Positions 40,274 through 52,983 of a stretch of 64,000 bases of DNA are shown here, piece by piece (position 1 is the first letter of the stretch; each line of letters begins with the position of its first letter). Under the pieces are notes generated by a model. That model saw only the letters and a program-made list of their open reading frames with translations, made no database searches and was not told the origin of the DNA. This DNA comes from Gemmatimonadota bacterium (GTDB lineage Bacteria > Gemmatimonadota > Gemmatimonadetes > Gemmatimonadales > GWC2-71-9): contig JBDHHA010000036.1 in assembly GCA_039589615.1 (NCBI GenBank), positions 421 to 64,420 on the forward strand. Direction: 5' to 3'. The position numbers and the translations under genes are program-made.

Positions 40274-41686
40274 ATGTTACGAGCTTTTGCCGGAGTCTTG
40301 GTCGTGATCCCGGCGGCTGCATGGGGCCAAGTCCCCACCAGGCCACTCCAATCCACGGCCGACGACCGCCGGGAGGTCACCATCACGGTGTACAACCAGA
40401 ATTTCGGCTTGGTACGGGAGGTGCGGGACCTGACCCTGGGTCGCGGTCGGGTGGCGCTGGAATTCGGCGACGTGGCCGCCCAAATCCAACCCGAGACCGT
40501 GCATGTCGGCGTGCTGGGGGGTGGGGACGGCCTCAGCATTCTGGAGCAGAACTACCAGTACGATCTGCTCAATCCGCAGAAGCTCCTCGAGAAGTACGTG
40601 GGACGGACCGTGAAGGTGTACCGCTACAATTCCGTCACCGGTCGCGAGGAGGAGTATGAGGCCGAGGTCCTCTCGGTGAACCAGGGTCCCATTCTCAGGA
40701 TCGGCAACGAGATCACGTACAACTTCCCGGGTCGGTTCTCGTTTCCGGAGATCCCCGAGAATCTCATTGCCAAACCCACGCTGGTGTGGCTCCTCGACAG
40801 CCGCGAGACGCGCCAACAGGTCGAGGTCTCCTATCTCACCAACAGTCTCAACTGGAAGGCCGACTACGTGATGGTCCTCAACGAGGACGACACCCTCGGG
40901 GACCTGACCGGATGGGTGACTCTCACGAACCAAAGCGGCGCCTCATACGAAAACGCCCGTCTCAAACTGGTGGCCGGCGATGTCCAGCGGGTGACGCCCC
41001 AGGCGCGGCGCCGCATGGAAATGGACGCGCTCCGCGCCGTGGCGGAATCGCAGTTTCAGGAGGAGGGCTTTTTCGAATACCACCTCTACACGATGGAGCG
41101 TCCCACGACCCTCCGTCAAAACGAACAGAAACAGGTGACGTTGCTCGAGGGCTCCGACATCGGCATCGACAAGCGCCTCATCTTCTACGGGGCCGCACAG
41201 TACTATCGCGGCTCGTACGGGCAGGTGGTCTCCAATCAGAAGGTCGGGGTGTATCTCGATTTTCAGAACACCGCGGAGAACAACCTCGGGGTGCCGCTTC
41301 CCAGGGGCATCGTGCGGGTGTACAAGGCAGACCCGACCGGCTCGCAGCAGTTCATCGGTGAAGATCAGATAGACCATACCCCGCGAGGCGAGCGGCTGCG
41401 CATCAAGATGGGTGAGGCCTTCGACGTGGTTGGCGATCGCCGCCAAATGGAGTACGACATCCTCAGCTCATGCGTCTCGGAGAGCGCGTGGGAAGTCACA
41501 CTGCGGAACCACAAGGACGAGGCCGTTGACGTCGAAGCCGTGGAGCCCGTGGGTGGTGACTGGGAGTTGATTGCGTCGAGCCACGCCGCTGATCGGTTGG
41601 ATGCCCACACGTTTCGGTACTTAGTGACGGTGCCGGCTCGTGGGGAGACAAAGATCGAGTATCGAGTCCGAGTGCGGTGGTGCTAG
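40274..41686 (+). CDS. DUF4139 (DUF4140/DUF4139, MuiA-like) exported protein
   Basis: Signal MLRAFAGVLVVIPAAAWGQ. VTITVYNQNFGLVREVR...VEVSYLTNSLNWKADY is typical of this family. The TATATA box ends 5 nt before the ATG. An alternative GTG start exists at 40259. Confidence 0.8.
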   Translation: MLRAFAGVLVVIPAAAWGQVPTRPLQSTADDRREVTITVYNQNFGLVREVRDLTLGRGRVALEFGDVAAQIQPETVHVGVLGGGDGLSILEQNYQYDLLNPQKLLEKYVGRTVKVYRYNSVTGREEEYEAEVLSVNQGPILRIGNEITYNFPGRFSFPEIPENLIAKPTLVWLLDSRETRQQVEVSYLTNSLNWKADYVMVLNEDDTLGDLTGWVTLTNQSGASYENARLKLVAGDVQRVTPQARRRMEMDALRAVAESQFQEEGFFEYHLYTMERPTTLRQNEQKQVTLLEGSDIGIDKRLIFYGAAQYYRGSYGQVVSNQKVGVYLDFQNTAENNLGVPLPRGIVRVYKADPTGSQQFIGEDQIDHTPRGERLRIKMGEAFDVVGDRRQMEYDILSSCVSESAWEVTLRNHKDEAVDVEAVEPVGGDWELIASSHAADRLDAHTFRYLVTVPARGETKIEYRVRVRWC

Positions 41687-41693
41687 AGGCGGA

Positions 41694-42725
41694 ATGATGG
41701 GGATCGGTATTAGTTTCCAGACCATCGAAACCATGACCACCGATCCCACCATCCCCCGACTACTCGGTGAATTCCGCGACGGCAGCCTCCGGGCCCTCGC
41801 CCGGACGATTTCGTTCGTCGAGGACGGCCGTCCCGGCTTCGAAGAGATCCTGTCCCAACTCCACCCGCAGGTGGGATCGGCCTACCGTATCGGTATTACG
41901 GGGCCACCCGGAGTGGGGAAGTCGACCCTCGTCGAACGGCTGGTTCGGCACTACCGCGACCGTGGGAGGACCGTGGCCGTCGTGGCGGTGGATCCCACCA
42001 GTCCGTTCACCGGAGGCGCGCTGCTGGGTGATCGCATCCGTATGGAATCGGTGGCGCAAGAAGAAGGAGTGTTCATCCGATCGATGGCCACCCGAGGCGC
42101 GCCGGGCGGGCTGGCCATCACGACCCGGGAGGTGTGCGACGTGCTCGATGCCTTCGGGTTCGAACGGATTCTGATTGAAACCGTAGGTGTCGGGCAATCC
42201 GAATTAGCCATTGCGGGCACGGCCGACACCGCCGTTTTGGTCCTCGTCCCCGAATCGGGTGACGGCGTGCAGGTGCTCAAAGCCGGCGTCATGGAAATCG
42301 CGGATCTCTACGTGGTCAACAAGTCGGATCGACCCGGCGCCGAGCACCTGGTGACCGAGGTCCAGGAGATGTTGGCGATTCGCTCCGAGTCGTCCGCTGG
42401 GGCATCCAAGGCCCCAGCCTGGAACCCGCCCGTCGTTCAAACCGTTGCGATTGAGGATGAAGGTTCGGAGGAGTTGTTGGAGGCCCTGGAACGGCACGCC
42501 GAGACCATGCGAACGAGCGGCGCACTGAGTGAGCGGCGCCGAGAGCGTCTCGTCAGACACACCCAGGACGTCATTGACCGGTCTCTCAAGCAGCGGGTAT
42601 GGAACGATTCGTACGGACAGCAGCGCCTGATGGACGGCCTCGACCGCATGTTGTCGGGAGCCCTGAGTCCGTACCAATTGGCCGAGGCGATCATCGACGC
42701 GGGGCTTCGTGCCGCGAAGGAGTGA
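41694..42725 (+). CDS. meaB: methylmalonyl-CoA mutase-associated GTPase MeaB/ArgK
   Basis: LARTISFVED. P-loop GITGPPGVGKSTL. Also contains VNKSD. An alternative start exists at 41733. Confidence 0.9.
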   Translation: MMGIGISFQTIETMTTDPTIPRLLGEFRDGSLRALARTISFVEDGRPGFEEILSQLHPQVGSAYRIGITGPPGVGKSTLVERLVRHYRDRGRTVAVVAVDPTSPFTGGALLGDRIRMESVAQEEGVFIRSMATRGAPGGLAITTREVCDVLDAFGFERILIETVGVGQSELAIAGTADTAVLVLVPESGDGVQVLKAGVMEIADLYVVNKSDRPGAEHLVTEVQEMLAIRSESSAGASKAPAWNPPVVQTVAIEDEGSEELLEALERHAETMRTSGALSERRRERLVRHTQDVIDRSLKQRVWNDSYGQQRLMDGLDRMLSGALSPYQLAEAIIDAGLRAAKE

Positions 42726-42771
42726 AGCCAACTTGTCTGGCATCTGAGGCCGCACTAGCTTCCCCCCCACG

Positions 42772-43208
42772 ATGGAAAACGCCGCGAAAATGGGACTCAT
42801 TGGCTCGTCCCGACGCCCCGTTCGGGTGCTCGTTGCCAAGCCAGGCCTCGATGGCCACGACCGGGGCGCCAAGGTGGTCGCCACTGCCCTACGCGATGCC
42901 GGTATGGAAGTGATCTACACCGGTTTGCATCAGACCCCCGAGATGATCGTGGATGCGGCCGTCCAGGAGGACGTCGATGTGGTGGGTCTTTCCATCCTGT
43001 CGGGCGCCCATCTCACCCTCGTCCCCCGAGTCCGCGCACTCCTCGACGAACGGGGACGCGAAGACGCACTGCTGGTGGTCGGCGGCATCATTCCCCATGA
43101 GGACAATCAGCGTCTCGAAGACGAGGGCGTTGCCAAGCTCTTCGGACCGGGGACGCCAACCGGTGAGATCGTGAATTTCATCATGACCTGGGCGGAGAAC
43201 GTCTCCGA

Positions 43209-43212
<4 letters not shown>
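42772..43212 (+). CDS. cobalamin-binding domain protein (acyl-CoA mutase small subunit)
   Basis: [18 protein letters not shown] (DxHxxG). Also contains [12 protein letters not shown] and GGIIP. Confidence 0.9.
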
Positions 43213-44803
<1,591 letters not shown>

Positions 44804-44807
<4 letters not shown>

Positions 44808-47737
44808 AGAAACAGAATTCCATCAAAGACTCCGCCGTCTGGGCCCTATTGGGGTTGCTGGCCGTGGGGGCGTGCGCCCGTCCCGGCCCGCAACCCCAAG
44901 AGCTCGCGCCGGCGCCGACCGACGCCCCCGACGGCGAGGAGCCGCGGGAGGAAGCACCGCCCGAAGCGCCCCCGCCGCCCCGGCGGGCAACCGCCCCATC
45001 CCTGGAACCTCGCCTGGCGTTGGCAGTGGGCCTCATGCCCCTGACCACGACCGGAGTCGATGCGTTTCTGGCACGCCACCCCGAAGCGGACGGCCGCGGG
45101 GTACTCATCGGGATTCTCGACAGCGGTGTGGATCTCAACCTCCCTGGCATGGCGGTCACGACGACCGGCGAGCCCAAGGTGGTTGGCGTCCGGGACTTCT
45201 CGCGAGAAGGACGGATCCCTCTCCAACCCGTCACGGTGACCGGAGACACGGTCACGTTTGCCGGTCAGACGCTGATCGGCTTCGGACACGTGGCCGCGTC
45301 GGCCACGCCACCGTACTACGCCGGCGTATTTCGCGAGCAGCCGCTGGGCAAGGTTCCCGCCGGAGACCTCAACGGCAACGACAAGAACACGGACGAGTTC
45401 GTGGTTCTGGTGGTGAAGACGGCGAGCGGGTGGGGGGTGGTCACCGATGCGGACAACGACGGCCGGCTGGACGACGAGACGCCGATTCACGACTACAGCG
45501 TTGCGGCCGAGCGGTTCATCTACACCCTAGAGGATGAAAAACGCGACAAGGGTCTCATGACCATTGCCGTGAATATCACCGAGGGTGATGACGGCCCCGT
45601 GTTGGATCTGTTTTTCGACAACTCGGCGCATGGAAGCCACGTGGCGGGGATCGCGACGGGCCACAACATGTTCGGCATGGAGGGCTTCAATGGCGTTGCC
45701 CCCGGCGCCCAGGTTCTCGCGATCAAGATCGCGAACAACGCCCGTGGCGGCCTCTCGGCAACCGGCAGCATGCTTCGCGCCATGAATTACGCGGCGAGCT
45801 TCGCGCAGCAGCGCGGCATGCCCCTCGTCTTGAACATGAGTTTCGGCGTGGGGAACGAGGTAGAGGGTGAGGCGGCGATCGATTCGATGGTGACGGAGTT
45901 TGCCTTGAAGCACCCCGACGTACTGTTCGTCATCAGCGCCGGCAACGAGGGCCCGGGCGTATCCAGTGTCGGATTCCCCGGAACGGCTGATCACATCCTG
46001 TCGGTCTGCGCCTTGATTCCAGGCGCCTTCGCGGGGCCGCGCCCCGCAGGCCTCGCCACCGACGCCGATGTTGTCGCCGACTTCAGCGCCCGGGGCGGCG
46101 AGGTGGCGAAGCCCGACCTGTGTGCTCCAGGCGTGGCCTTCTCCAACGTGCCCGGCTGGAATCTCGGTGGGGAGATCGCCGGTGGGACCAGCATGGCCGC
46201 GCCACACATCGCGGGCCTGGCGGCCCTGTTGCAGTCCGCCCGTGTGCAGGCGAACCGCGTCGCCCGGGCCACGGATTTGCGGCAGGCCCTCATGGCATCG
46301 GCCCGACCGCATCGTGGGACGACTTTCGTGGACATGGGCAGCGGCGTACCCAACGTGAACCGGGCCCACGAGTGGCTCCTAGCCGGCCACCAGGCGGGCG
46401 TGTATTCGATTCGCGCGCAACCCGACGGCGGGAACACCTCGATGCTGGACGCCGCCTATCGCCGCAATGGATTGGCCTCCCCGGCCGACACGATTCAGCG
46501 GTTTGTCGTGCGCTCGGTGGCGGGTCAGCCGGCGGCGAGGTTCATTCTCGAATCCGATGAGCGGTGGCTGCGAGCCCCGGAGACGCTCGAGCTCAGCGGT
46601 GGGCCGGCGACGGTGGAGGTGACCTACAACCCGAGTCGGCTGCGCACGCCAGGTCTGTACGTGGGAACGGTGTATGCCACTCCGGCGAGCGACACGCTGG
46701 CCGGCCCCGCGTTCCGTCTCGTCAACACCGTCATCGTGCCGCGGACGTTGGACCAACCGTTCGTCGAGGGTCGAGATCTCGGGCCGGGTCGGCTGCGACG
46801 CTATTTCTTCGATGTCCCGCCGGACGCCGGTGGCTTGACCGTTGAGATGGAGTTGCGGTACCGGACGCAGCGAGGTTCGCTCTTTCTCTTCGAGCCGGGG
46901 GGAGAGCCGTTTCGGAGCGGGAGCGAGGAAGAGGCAGGGCCTGGAGACCACGTGGTGCGGATCGAGGTGCGGGGAGAGGACTTGGTCGCCGGGGTATACG
47001 AGGCGGTTGTGGTCTCCCCGGAGAACTCCGCACTCTCGTACGACATCCGGGCCGCACTGCCCAGGTACACGGTGGACCAGGTGGGGACGGGTCCCAGCGC
47101 GGTGATTCGCAAGCGAAGCAACGTTCCCCCACTGATTCAGGATGCGGCCGTCTTCCAGCGCTCGGACAGTGGGGGCAGTAGCACCGACGATGTGCTCGTG
47201 ACCGCCGCGGACATCGGCGCCGTGAAGACGGTGATGGTCTCTGGGGAACTCGACGACGTAGAGTTCGTGCCGGTGGAGGTCCCGGGCTGGGTGCGGGAAG
47301 TGATCGTCGATGTGCGACTACCGGTTGGCGCATGGAATCAATACACCGATTTCGGTGTGACGTTGTTCGAGCCCTCGGGGGAACAGATCGACCACGGCCC
47401 CCTCTCGTTCGGATTCGGGCGGCACGAGTTCGAGCTCTCCAGCCATCACAAGGGCAAGACGCTGCAGCTGGAGCTCTTCCCGGCGTTCGCGCACCTGGAA
47501 CCGCCGGCAACCTGGGATGCAGAGGTCACCGTGTACTTGATCGCGGGTGCTCGCACCGCGCTCGCCGCCGCCGGCGTCGATACGTCGGCCATCGTTCTTG
47601 CTCCCGGGGATGTCACGGGAATCCAATTCATCCCGCCCGAAGGGCGCGCCACGCCCGCTGGCTTCGTGCCCCTCATTGAGGTCGTGGCCAATCCCGCCGG
47701 CGGTGCCCCAGCGCGCCGCTGGGGAAGGCTGGATTGA
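44804..47737 (+). CDS. large S8 (subtilisin-family) serine peptidase lipoprotein, tripeptidyl-peptidase-II-like
   Basis: Lipobox LGLLAVGAC. Asp context GILDSGVD (D106). His context [11 protein letters not shown] (H276). Asn context SAGNEGPG. Ser context [13 protein letters not shown] (S463). The Asp-to-His spacing is ~170 aa. A ~500-aa C-terminal extension follows. ATGA overlap with the carboxyltransferase gene. Confidence 0.85.
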
Positions 47738-47747
47738 AAGGAGTGGG

Positions 47748-49115
47748 TTGAAGCGCCCCATCCGTATCGCCTCAGGGCAGGGGTTCTGGGGCGATTGGCT
47801 CGATGCTCCGATGCGGCAGGTTGAAGCCGGACCGATCGATTACCTGATGATGGACTACCTCGCCGAGGTGACGATGTCCATCATGCAAAAGCAGCGGTCG
47901 CGCAATCCGGAGCTCGGCTACGCCAAAGATTTCGTTCCCCTGATGCGTCGACTGCTTCCGGCCATCGTCCGCAAGGGGGTTCGGGTGACCGCCAACGCCG
48001 GTGGCGTGAATCCCATGGCGTGTGCCCATGCGGTGCTCAGCGAGGCTCGGGAGGCCGACCTGTCCGGAAAGGTCGCGGTAGGGGTGGTGACCGGCGATGA
48101 CTTGCTTCCGCGACTCGACGAACTTCTGGCCGGAGGCTACCGCCTGGACAACCTGGACACCGGCGAGCCGCTCACGAGCGTGCTCGATGCGGTGCAGAGC
48201 GCCAATGTCTACCTCGGGGCCTGGCCTCTGGTGGATGCCCTCGCCCGGGGCGCTAATGTCCTCATTACCGGGCGGGTGACCGACACCGGCCTGACCTTGG
48301 CGCCGATGATCCACGAGTTTGGATGGGCCCAAGACGATTGGGATCGGATGGCGGCGGGAACGGTTGCGGGTCACATCATCGAATGCGGCGCCCAGTGCAG
48401 CGGAGGCAACTGCATGTACGGATGGGAGCGGATCCCGAACCTCGACGATCCGGGGTATCCCATCATCGAGGCCCACCCCGATGGGACCTTCGCGGTCACC
48501 AAGCACGAGGGGACCGGGGGAAGGGTTTCGGTCCAGAGCGTCACCGAGCAGTTGTTATACGAGATGGGCGACCCAACGGAATACATCACGCCGGATTGTA
48601 TCGCCGACTTCACCACGATTGCCGTGAAGCGGGCCGGCAAAGACCGGGTTGGAGTGTCGGGCATCCGGGGCAGGGCGGCGACCGATTCCCTCAAAGTGTC
48701 CATTTCCTATTCGTACGGCTACAAGGCGGTGGGCACCTTGGTCTATGCATGGCCCGACGCGGTCAAGAAGGCCCGGGCTGCCGACAAGATCTTGCGGGCG
48801 CGACTCGATCGCCTGGGCTTGGTATTCGACGAGTTCATGACCGAGATTGTGGGGGTGGACGCCACCCACGGTCGCCTGGCCGGACCGCCGGACCCGGAGA
48901 TTGCGGAGGTGCAACTCCGCGTGGGCGTGCGTGCCCGTGAGCGGCCTTCGGTCGAGCGTTTTTCGCGGGAGATTGCGCCGCTGATCCTCAACGGCCCGCC
49001 CGGCGTCACGGGCTTTGCCAGCGGGCGCCCCAAGGTCGAGGAGATCGTGGCGTACTGGCCGGCGTTGATCCCGAAATCGGAGATTCATCCTAAGGTTGAA
49101 ATCCTCGAGGCGTGA
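47748..49115 (+). CDS. atuA: AtuA-family (DUF1446) protein
   Basis: [13 protein letters not shown]...[18 protein letters not shown] start is preceded by AAGGAG (47738-47743). The upstream part of the ORF-track entry overlaps the S8 gene and is discounted. Confidence 0.85.
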   Translation: MKRPIRIASGQGFWGDWLDAPMRQVEAGPIDYLMMDYLAEVTMSIMQKQRSRNPELGYAKDFVPLMRRLLPAIVRKGVRVTANAGGVNPMACAHAVLSEAREADLSGKVAVGVVTGDDLLPRLDELLAGGYRLDNLDTGEPLTSVLDAVQSANVYLGAWPLVDALARGANVLITGRVTDTGLTLAPMIHEFGWAQDDWDRMAAGTVAGHIIECGAQCSGGNCMYGWERIPNLDDPGYPIIEAHPDGTFAVTKHEGTGGRVSVQSVTEQLLYEMGDPTEYITPDCIADFTTIAVKRAGKDRVGVSGIRGRAATDSLKVSISYSYGYKAVGTLVYAWPDAVKKARAADKILRARLDRLGLVFDEFMTEIVGVDATHGRLAGPPDPEIAEVQLRVGVRARERPSVERFSREIAPLILNGPPGVTGFASGRPKVEEIVAYWPALIPKSEIHPKVEILEA

Positions 49116-49141
49116 GGAAGCAGGGGTCCCGAAACTGACTG

Positions 49142-49501
49142 ATGACGAGTAAGAAATCGCGCAAGGCGACGAAGAAGGTGCGTTTGCTCGAGCTGGCGCA
49201 CGCGCGGAGCGGCGACAAGGGCGACACGGCGAATGTCGGGTTGATCGCCTTGAAGGCCGAATACTACCCGATCCTCAAACGCCAAGTGACGGCGGCGCGG
49301 GTGGCGAAGCACTTCCGCGGAGTGATCGAAGGCGGTGTCGAGCGGTTTGAGCTCCCGAACCTGCGTGCGCTGAATTTCCTGCTCCACGGCGCCCTTGGCG
49401 GCGGCGGTACCTTGTCTCTCAAGACCGATGCCCAGGGCAAGGTGTTCTCTTCGGCCTTGCTGCGAATGCAAATCGACGTACCGCGGAGTTTGCATGTCTG
49501 A
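49142..49501 (+). CDS. DUF4387 small protein (AtuA partner)
   Basis: LAHARSGDKGDTANVGLIA...LNFLLHGALGGGG is the usual companion of DUF1446 genes. Confidence 0.8.
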   Translation: MTSKKSRKATKKVRLLELAHARSGDKGDTANVGLIALKAEYYPILKRQVTAARVAKHFRGVIEGGVERFELPNLRALNFLLHGALGGGGTLSLKTDAQGKVFSSALLRMQIDVPRSLHV

Positions 49502-50255
49502 TCGACTGGCAATAGACGTCAGTGCCGAGGGCGTGTGCACCCTCCGGCTGAACCGTCCCGACAAGCGCAACGCCATCGACTCGCTGATGGTCGATGCGCT
49601 GTTGACCGAACTCGAGAATGCCGACATCGATGCGGCGGTGAAGGTGGTGGTCCTTCGAGGAGCAGGGGAGGACTTCTGTGCAGGGGCCGACCTGTCTGAG
49701 CTCCTGGCATCGGCCGATCGGTCTCCCGCCGAGAACGCGGCCGATGCGGCTCGATTGGGGGACGTGTTCGTCCACATCCGGGACCTGCCGAAGCCGGTGG
49801 TGGTGGTCGTGCATGGGCACGCACTGGCCGGGGGGTGCGGATTGGCAAACGCGTGCGACCTGGTTCTGGCGCACGAGGAGGCGGTGTTCGGCTATCCGGA
49901 AATCAAGCGCGGCTTCGTGCCGGCGATGGTGATGGCGATGCTTCGGCGATCGGTGGGAGAGAAGGTTGCCTTCGACCTTGTCACGACCGGAAGGATGCTA
50001 ACGGCGGCCGACGCACTGATGATCGGGTTGGTGTCGAGGGTGATCCCAGCGGCCACGTTCGAGGATGACGTGGCAAGTGTGGTGCGCCAGATGGCATCCG
50101 CCAGCCCAACGGCCCTTGCCCTCATCAAGAAACAGTTGTACGAGTTGGAAGGGCGTTCGTTTCCGGACGCCATCAAGCTGGGGTCCGAGGTCAACGCCAT
50201 CGCCCGCAGCACGCCGAGTTTCAAACTGGCGGTTGCGCAGTTTTTGAAGAAGTAG
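49494..50255 (+). CDS. enoyl-CoA hydratase/isomerase family protein
   Basis: LRLNRPDKRNAID...FCAGADL...VHGHALAGGCGLA. The internal ATG overlaps the previous gene by 8 nt. Confidence 0.9.
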   Translation: MSDRLAIDVSAEGVCTLRLNRPDKRNAIDSLMVDALLTELENADIDAAVKVVVLRGAGEDFCAGADLSELLASADRSPAENAADAARLGDVFVHIRDLPKPVVVVVHGHALAGGCGLANACDLVLAHEEAVFGYPEIKRGFVPAMVMAMLRRSVGEKVAFDLVTTGRMLTAADALMIGLVSRVIPAATFEDDVASVVRQMASASPTALALIKKQLYELEGRSFPDAIKLGSEVNAIARSTPSFKLAVAQFLKK

Positions 50256-50262
50256 AGAACAC

Positions 50263-50589
50263 GTGGCTCTCATCCCCTGTCCCGAGTGCGACCACCCGGT
50301 GTCGGACCTGGCATCGGCGTGCCCCAGTTGCGGGTATCCCGTCGCCGCGGGAATTCGATACGCCGTGGAGCAACTCACGGAAGACGACACGTCGAAATCC
50401 GCCCGCCAACAGCACGCGGCTACGAAGCTCAAGAACTGGAGCGAGCGCTACCAACCCCAGGGCGAAGTGGATCCCTTCAAGGGAGAGGGTGCAACCTTCC
50501 TCGATCGCCACTGGAAGCCGATTTTGTTCGTGTTCGTGACGATCATATTGATCCTGCAACTCACCTGGGTATTGTCGCTGTACCGGTAG
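50263..50589 (+). CDS. zinc-ribbon protein with C-terminal TM helix
   Basis: CPECDHPVSDLASACPSCGYP, plus C-terminal ILFVFVTIILILQLTWVLSLY. GTG start. Confidence 0.55.
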   Translation: MALIPCPECDHPVSDLASACPSCGYPVAAGIRYAVEQLTEDDTSKSARQQHAATKLKNWSERYQPQGEVDPFKGEGATFLDRHWKPILFVFVTIILILQLTWVLSLYR

Positions 50590-50628
50590 GCTTTTGCCGA
50601 AGCGTTCGAGCGGGGCCGGTCGCGCCTA

Positions 50629-52894
50629 TTACAGACGGAACAGGTAACTCAGCTTCGCAAACAGGCTGTCCTGGGTCGGGGTCATTCGTGACAGCCGGTA
50701 CGTCCGATCACCCACCATGAAACGGGTGTACCCAACGAAGAAGATGGTGCCGGGCGACGGCTGGTATTGCAGGAGGAACTGGCAAGGCGGAACGCTGCTC
50801 GAGTTCGTATTGCACCAGCGCCCGGACAAACAGCGCCTTGGTGAACTGGTACTGTGTCCGGAGCCGCGAGATGTGGACCGTAGAGAACACAGACTTGTCT
50901 CGCTGGCGCCACAGCTGCGAGTAGGTGTGAGACAACGAGAGCTGCAGCGAAGCATTGGGCCGAACGGTGAGGTCCGGGGCGATCTGGAATTCAAAACCGA
51001 GTGCGGCTTCCTGAAACAACGGGATCTCCCGCAGGTACATGCGGCCGTTCAGTTGGACCTCATTGGTCACCCTGGCACGGGGCGTGAGGGCAATGGCCTT
51101 CATGTGGGTGAGCGCGGGTGGTACCACGAACTCCGCAGGATTCCCGTCGGCACCAAGCACTTGGTAGTGGGCATAGTCCTCGGGTTGGAAACGGAAGTAC
51201 CCGTCGCGCAGGATCGCCGTCACCGTGCGGTCGCCCTTGAACGACAGCGTCGAGTGGATTTCGACCTCGGCCTCGAAGGGATTGGACCCCTGCCAGAACT
51301 CCGTGTGGCCAAAGAAGGCATCGGCCCTCAGCGTGACATTGAATCGCTCCAACGTTGAGCCGGCCTGCCCGTACTTCGTGAACGTCACGTTCGCCAGCGT
51401 GTTGACATCGCCCACACGGCGAATGAACCCGGTCGTCGTGTTGAACTCCGGATGAACGTCTTCGAACTGCACATTCCACGAGAATGATCGGCCGCTCTTC
51501 GCCACCTGGAGATAGCCCAGCGGTTTCATCCCCACCTGACTGGTGAGGGTGTCGCCGCTCCAGGACCCGGCAAACTGGGCGGTGACCGTGTAGCTGCCGC
51601 CGAACAGCACGCGCGCGTCTGCGGACGCCACACGGTTGTAGGTCTGGCCGTCGGTGAGCGTACGATCGGTGTAGAGCGCACCCACGGTGGAGCCTGTCCC
51701 CACGTCCCGGCGGACGCGCAGCAGGTTGAACACCGCAGCCCGGTCACCTCCGTAGAGCGTCTTGGGGGATTCGTCGACCGCGCCGAGGTAGCCCACGTTG
51801 AACGCGCCGAACTTGCCGGTGAGCTTCGCCCCGGCGCTCGGATCCTCGACTCGTCGGGTGTGAACTAGGTTGCGCGGCGTCCGGAAGATTTCCGAACCCT
51901 CGAGGAAGAAGGGCCGCTTCTCCGGAAAGAACAGGGCGAACCGCTCGTTCACCGTGAGCCTGTTGGGGTCGGCCTCCACCTGGGAGAAATCCGGGTTGAC
52001 GGTGGCATCGAGAACGATGTTCTGCGTGATGCCAATGCGGCCCGTCACCCCCAGATCCGGGTCGAAGTTCTCGTGGGTGAACCGATCGTCGGTGACCTGT
52101 CCCGTTCGCTTTCCCGTGGCCACGGGGTTCACCTCCACCAGGCGGCGGGAGCGGAGCTGCTGGAGCCCGGTCAGCTTCCCGCTCTGGGCCAACGTGGAGG
52201 TGACGTTCTTCGTAACCGGCGCCCAAGCCTGCTTGAACCCGCGGCGTTTCACCTCGCGCGCCACGTTGATGCCCCAGTCCTGCACCGGCACTTCCCGGAA
52301 GCGGAGCGACACGTAGGGGATCTTGATCTCCGCAGCCCACCCCTCCTCGTTGACGCGCCCGTCGGATTCCCAGATAAAGTCAGGGCTGTAGTCGATGGAC
52401 ACGCCGCCGCCGCGAGACCTCTGCATCCCTTCGATCCACAGGCCGTCGGTCTGAATCCCCAGAGGGTTGACGTAGAACACATACGCCTGTCGCTGGTCGT
52501 CGAACGTGTCGAGCAGGATCCGGACCCAATCGTCTCCAAAGACCGCCCGGTCGCGCTCACCGAGCCGGGCGAGCACCAGGTCCGGCTCCCGGTCGAGAGC
52601 GCGGATCCCGAAATAGATCGCGTCCGAGGAGTAGAACACGTAGATCTCCGTGTCCTCGGTGGACGGGATCCCCTCGACGGGTTCGTACTGGGTGAAATCC
52701 GTGAGCCGAGCGGCCTGTCGCCAGACGGCGTCGTCCAACCGCCCGTCGATCCGGACGTCGGGTTCCTCGATCAGGGGAATGTCCGCGTTGAGATTCCCCC
52801 CGCGTCCACTGAAGACCGTGTTTTCCGTGGGTGCGCCTTGGGGCGCGAACAGCATCGAACCGGTCAGGGCGGCCGCATGGAGGGCATGGATCAT
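50629..52894 (-). pseudogene. CBM9-like + DUF5916 outer-membrane protein, apparently frameshifted near its 3' end
   Basis: The N-terminus DGRLDDAVWRQAARLTDFTQYEPVEG is CBM9/DOMON-like, followed by a long beta-rich DUF5916 body. The family-typical C-terminus (LLQYQPSPGTIFFVGY...LFAKLSYLFRL) is encoded in a different frame (ORF 50629-50994) from the main 728-aa ORF (50708-52894). Confidence 0.65.
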
Positions 52895-52930
52895 TGGAGG
52901 TGCAAGCTACACTCCCCGTGCACAGGAGTA

Positions 52931-52968
52931 GAGGTAGGAAGTATGAAGGTGCATTTACTTCCTACCTC
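52931..52968 (-). terminator. perfect 13-bp hairpin downstream of the PD40-amidohydrolase gene
   Basis: GAGGTAGGAAGTA - 12-nt loop - TACTTCCTACCTC, 16 nt beyond the stop at 52984. No clear U-tract. Confidence 0.5.
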
Positions 52969-52983
52969 CCTAGGGTGGCGAGG

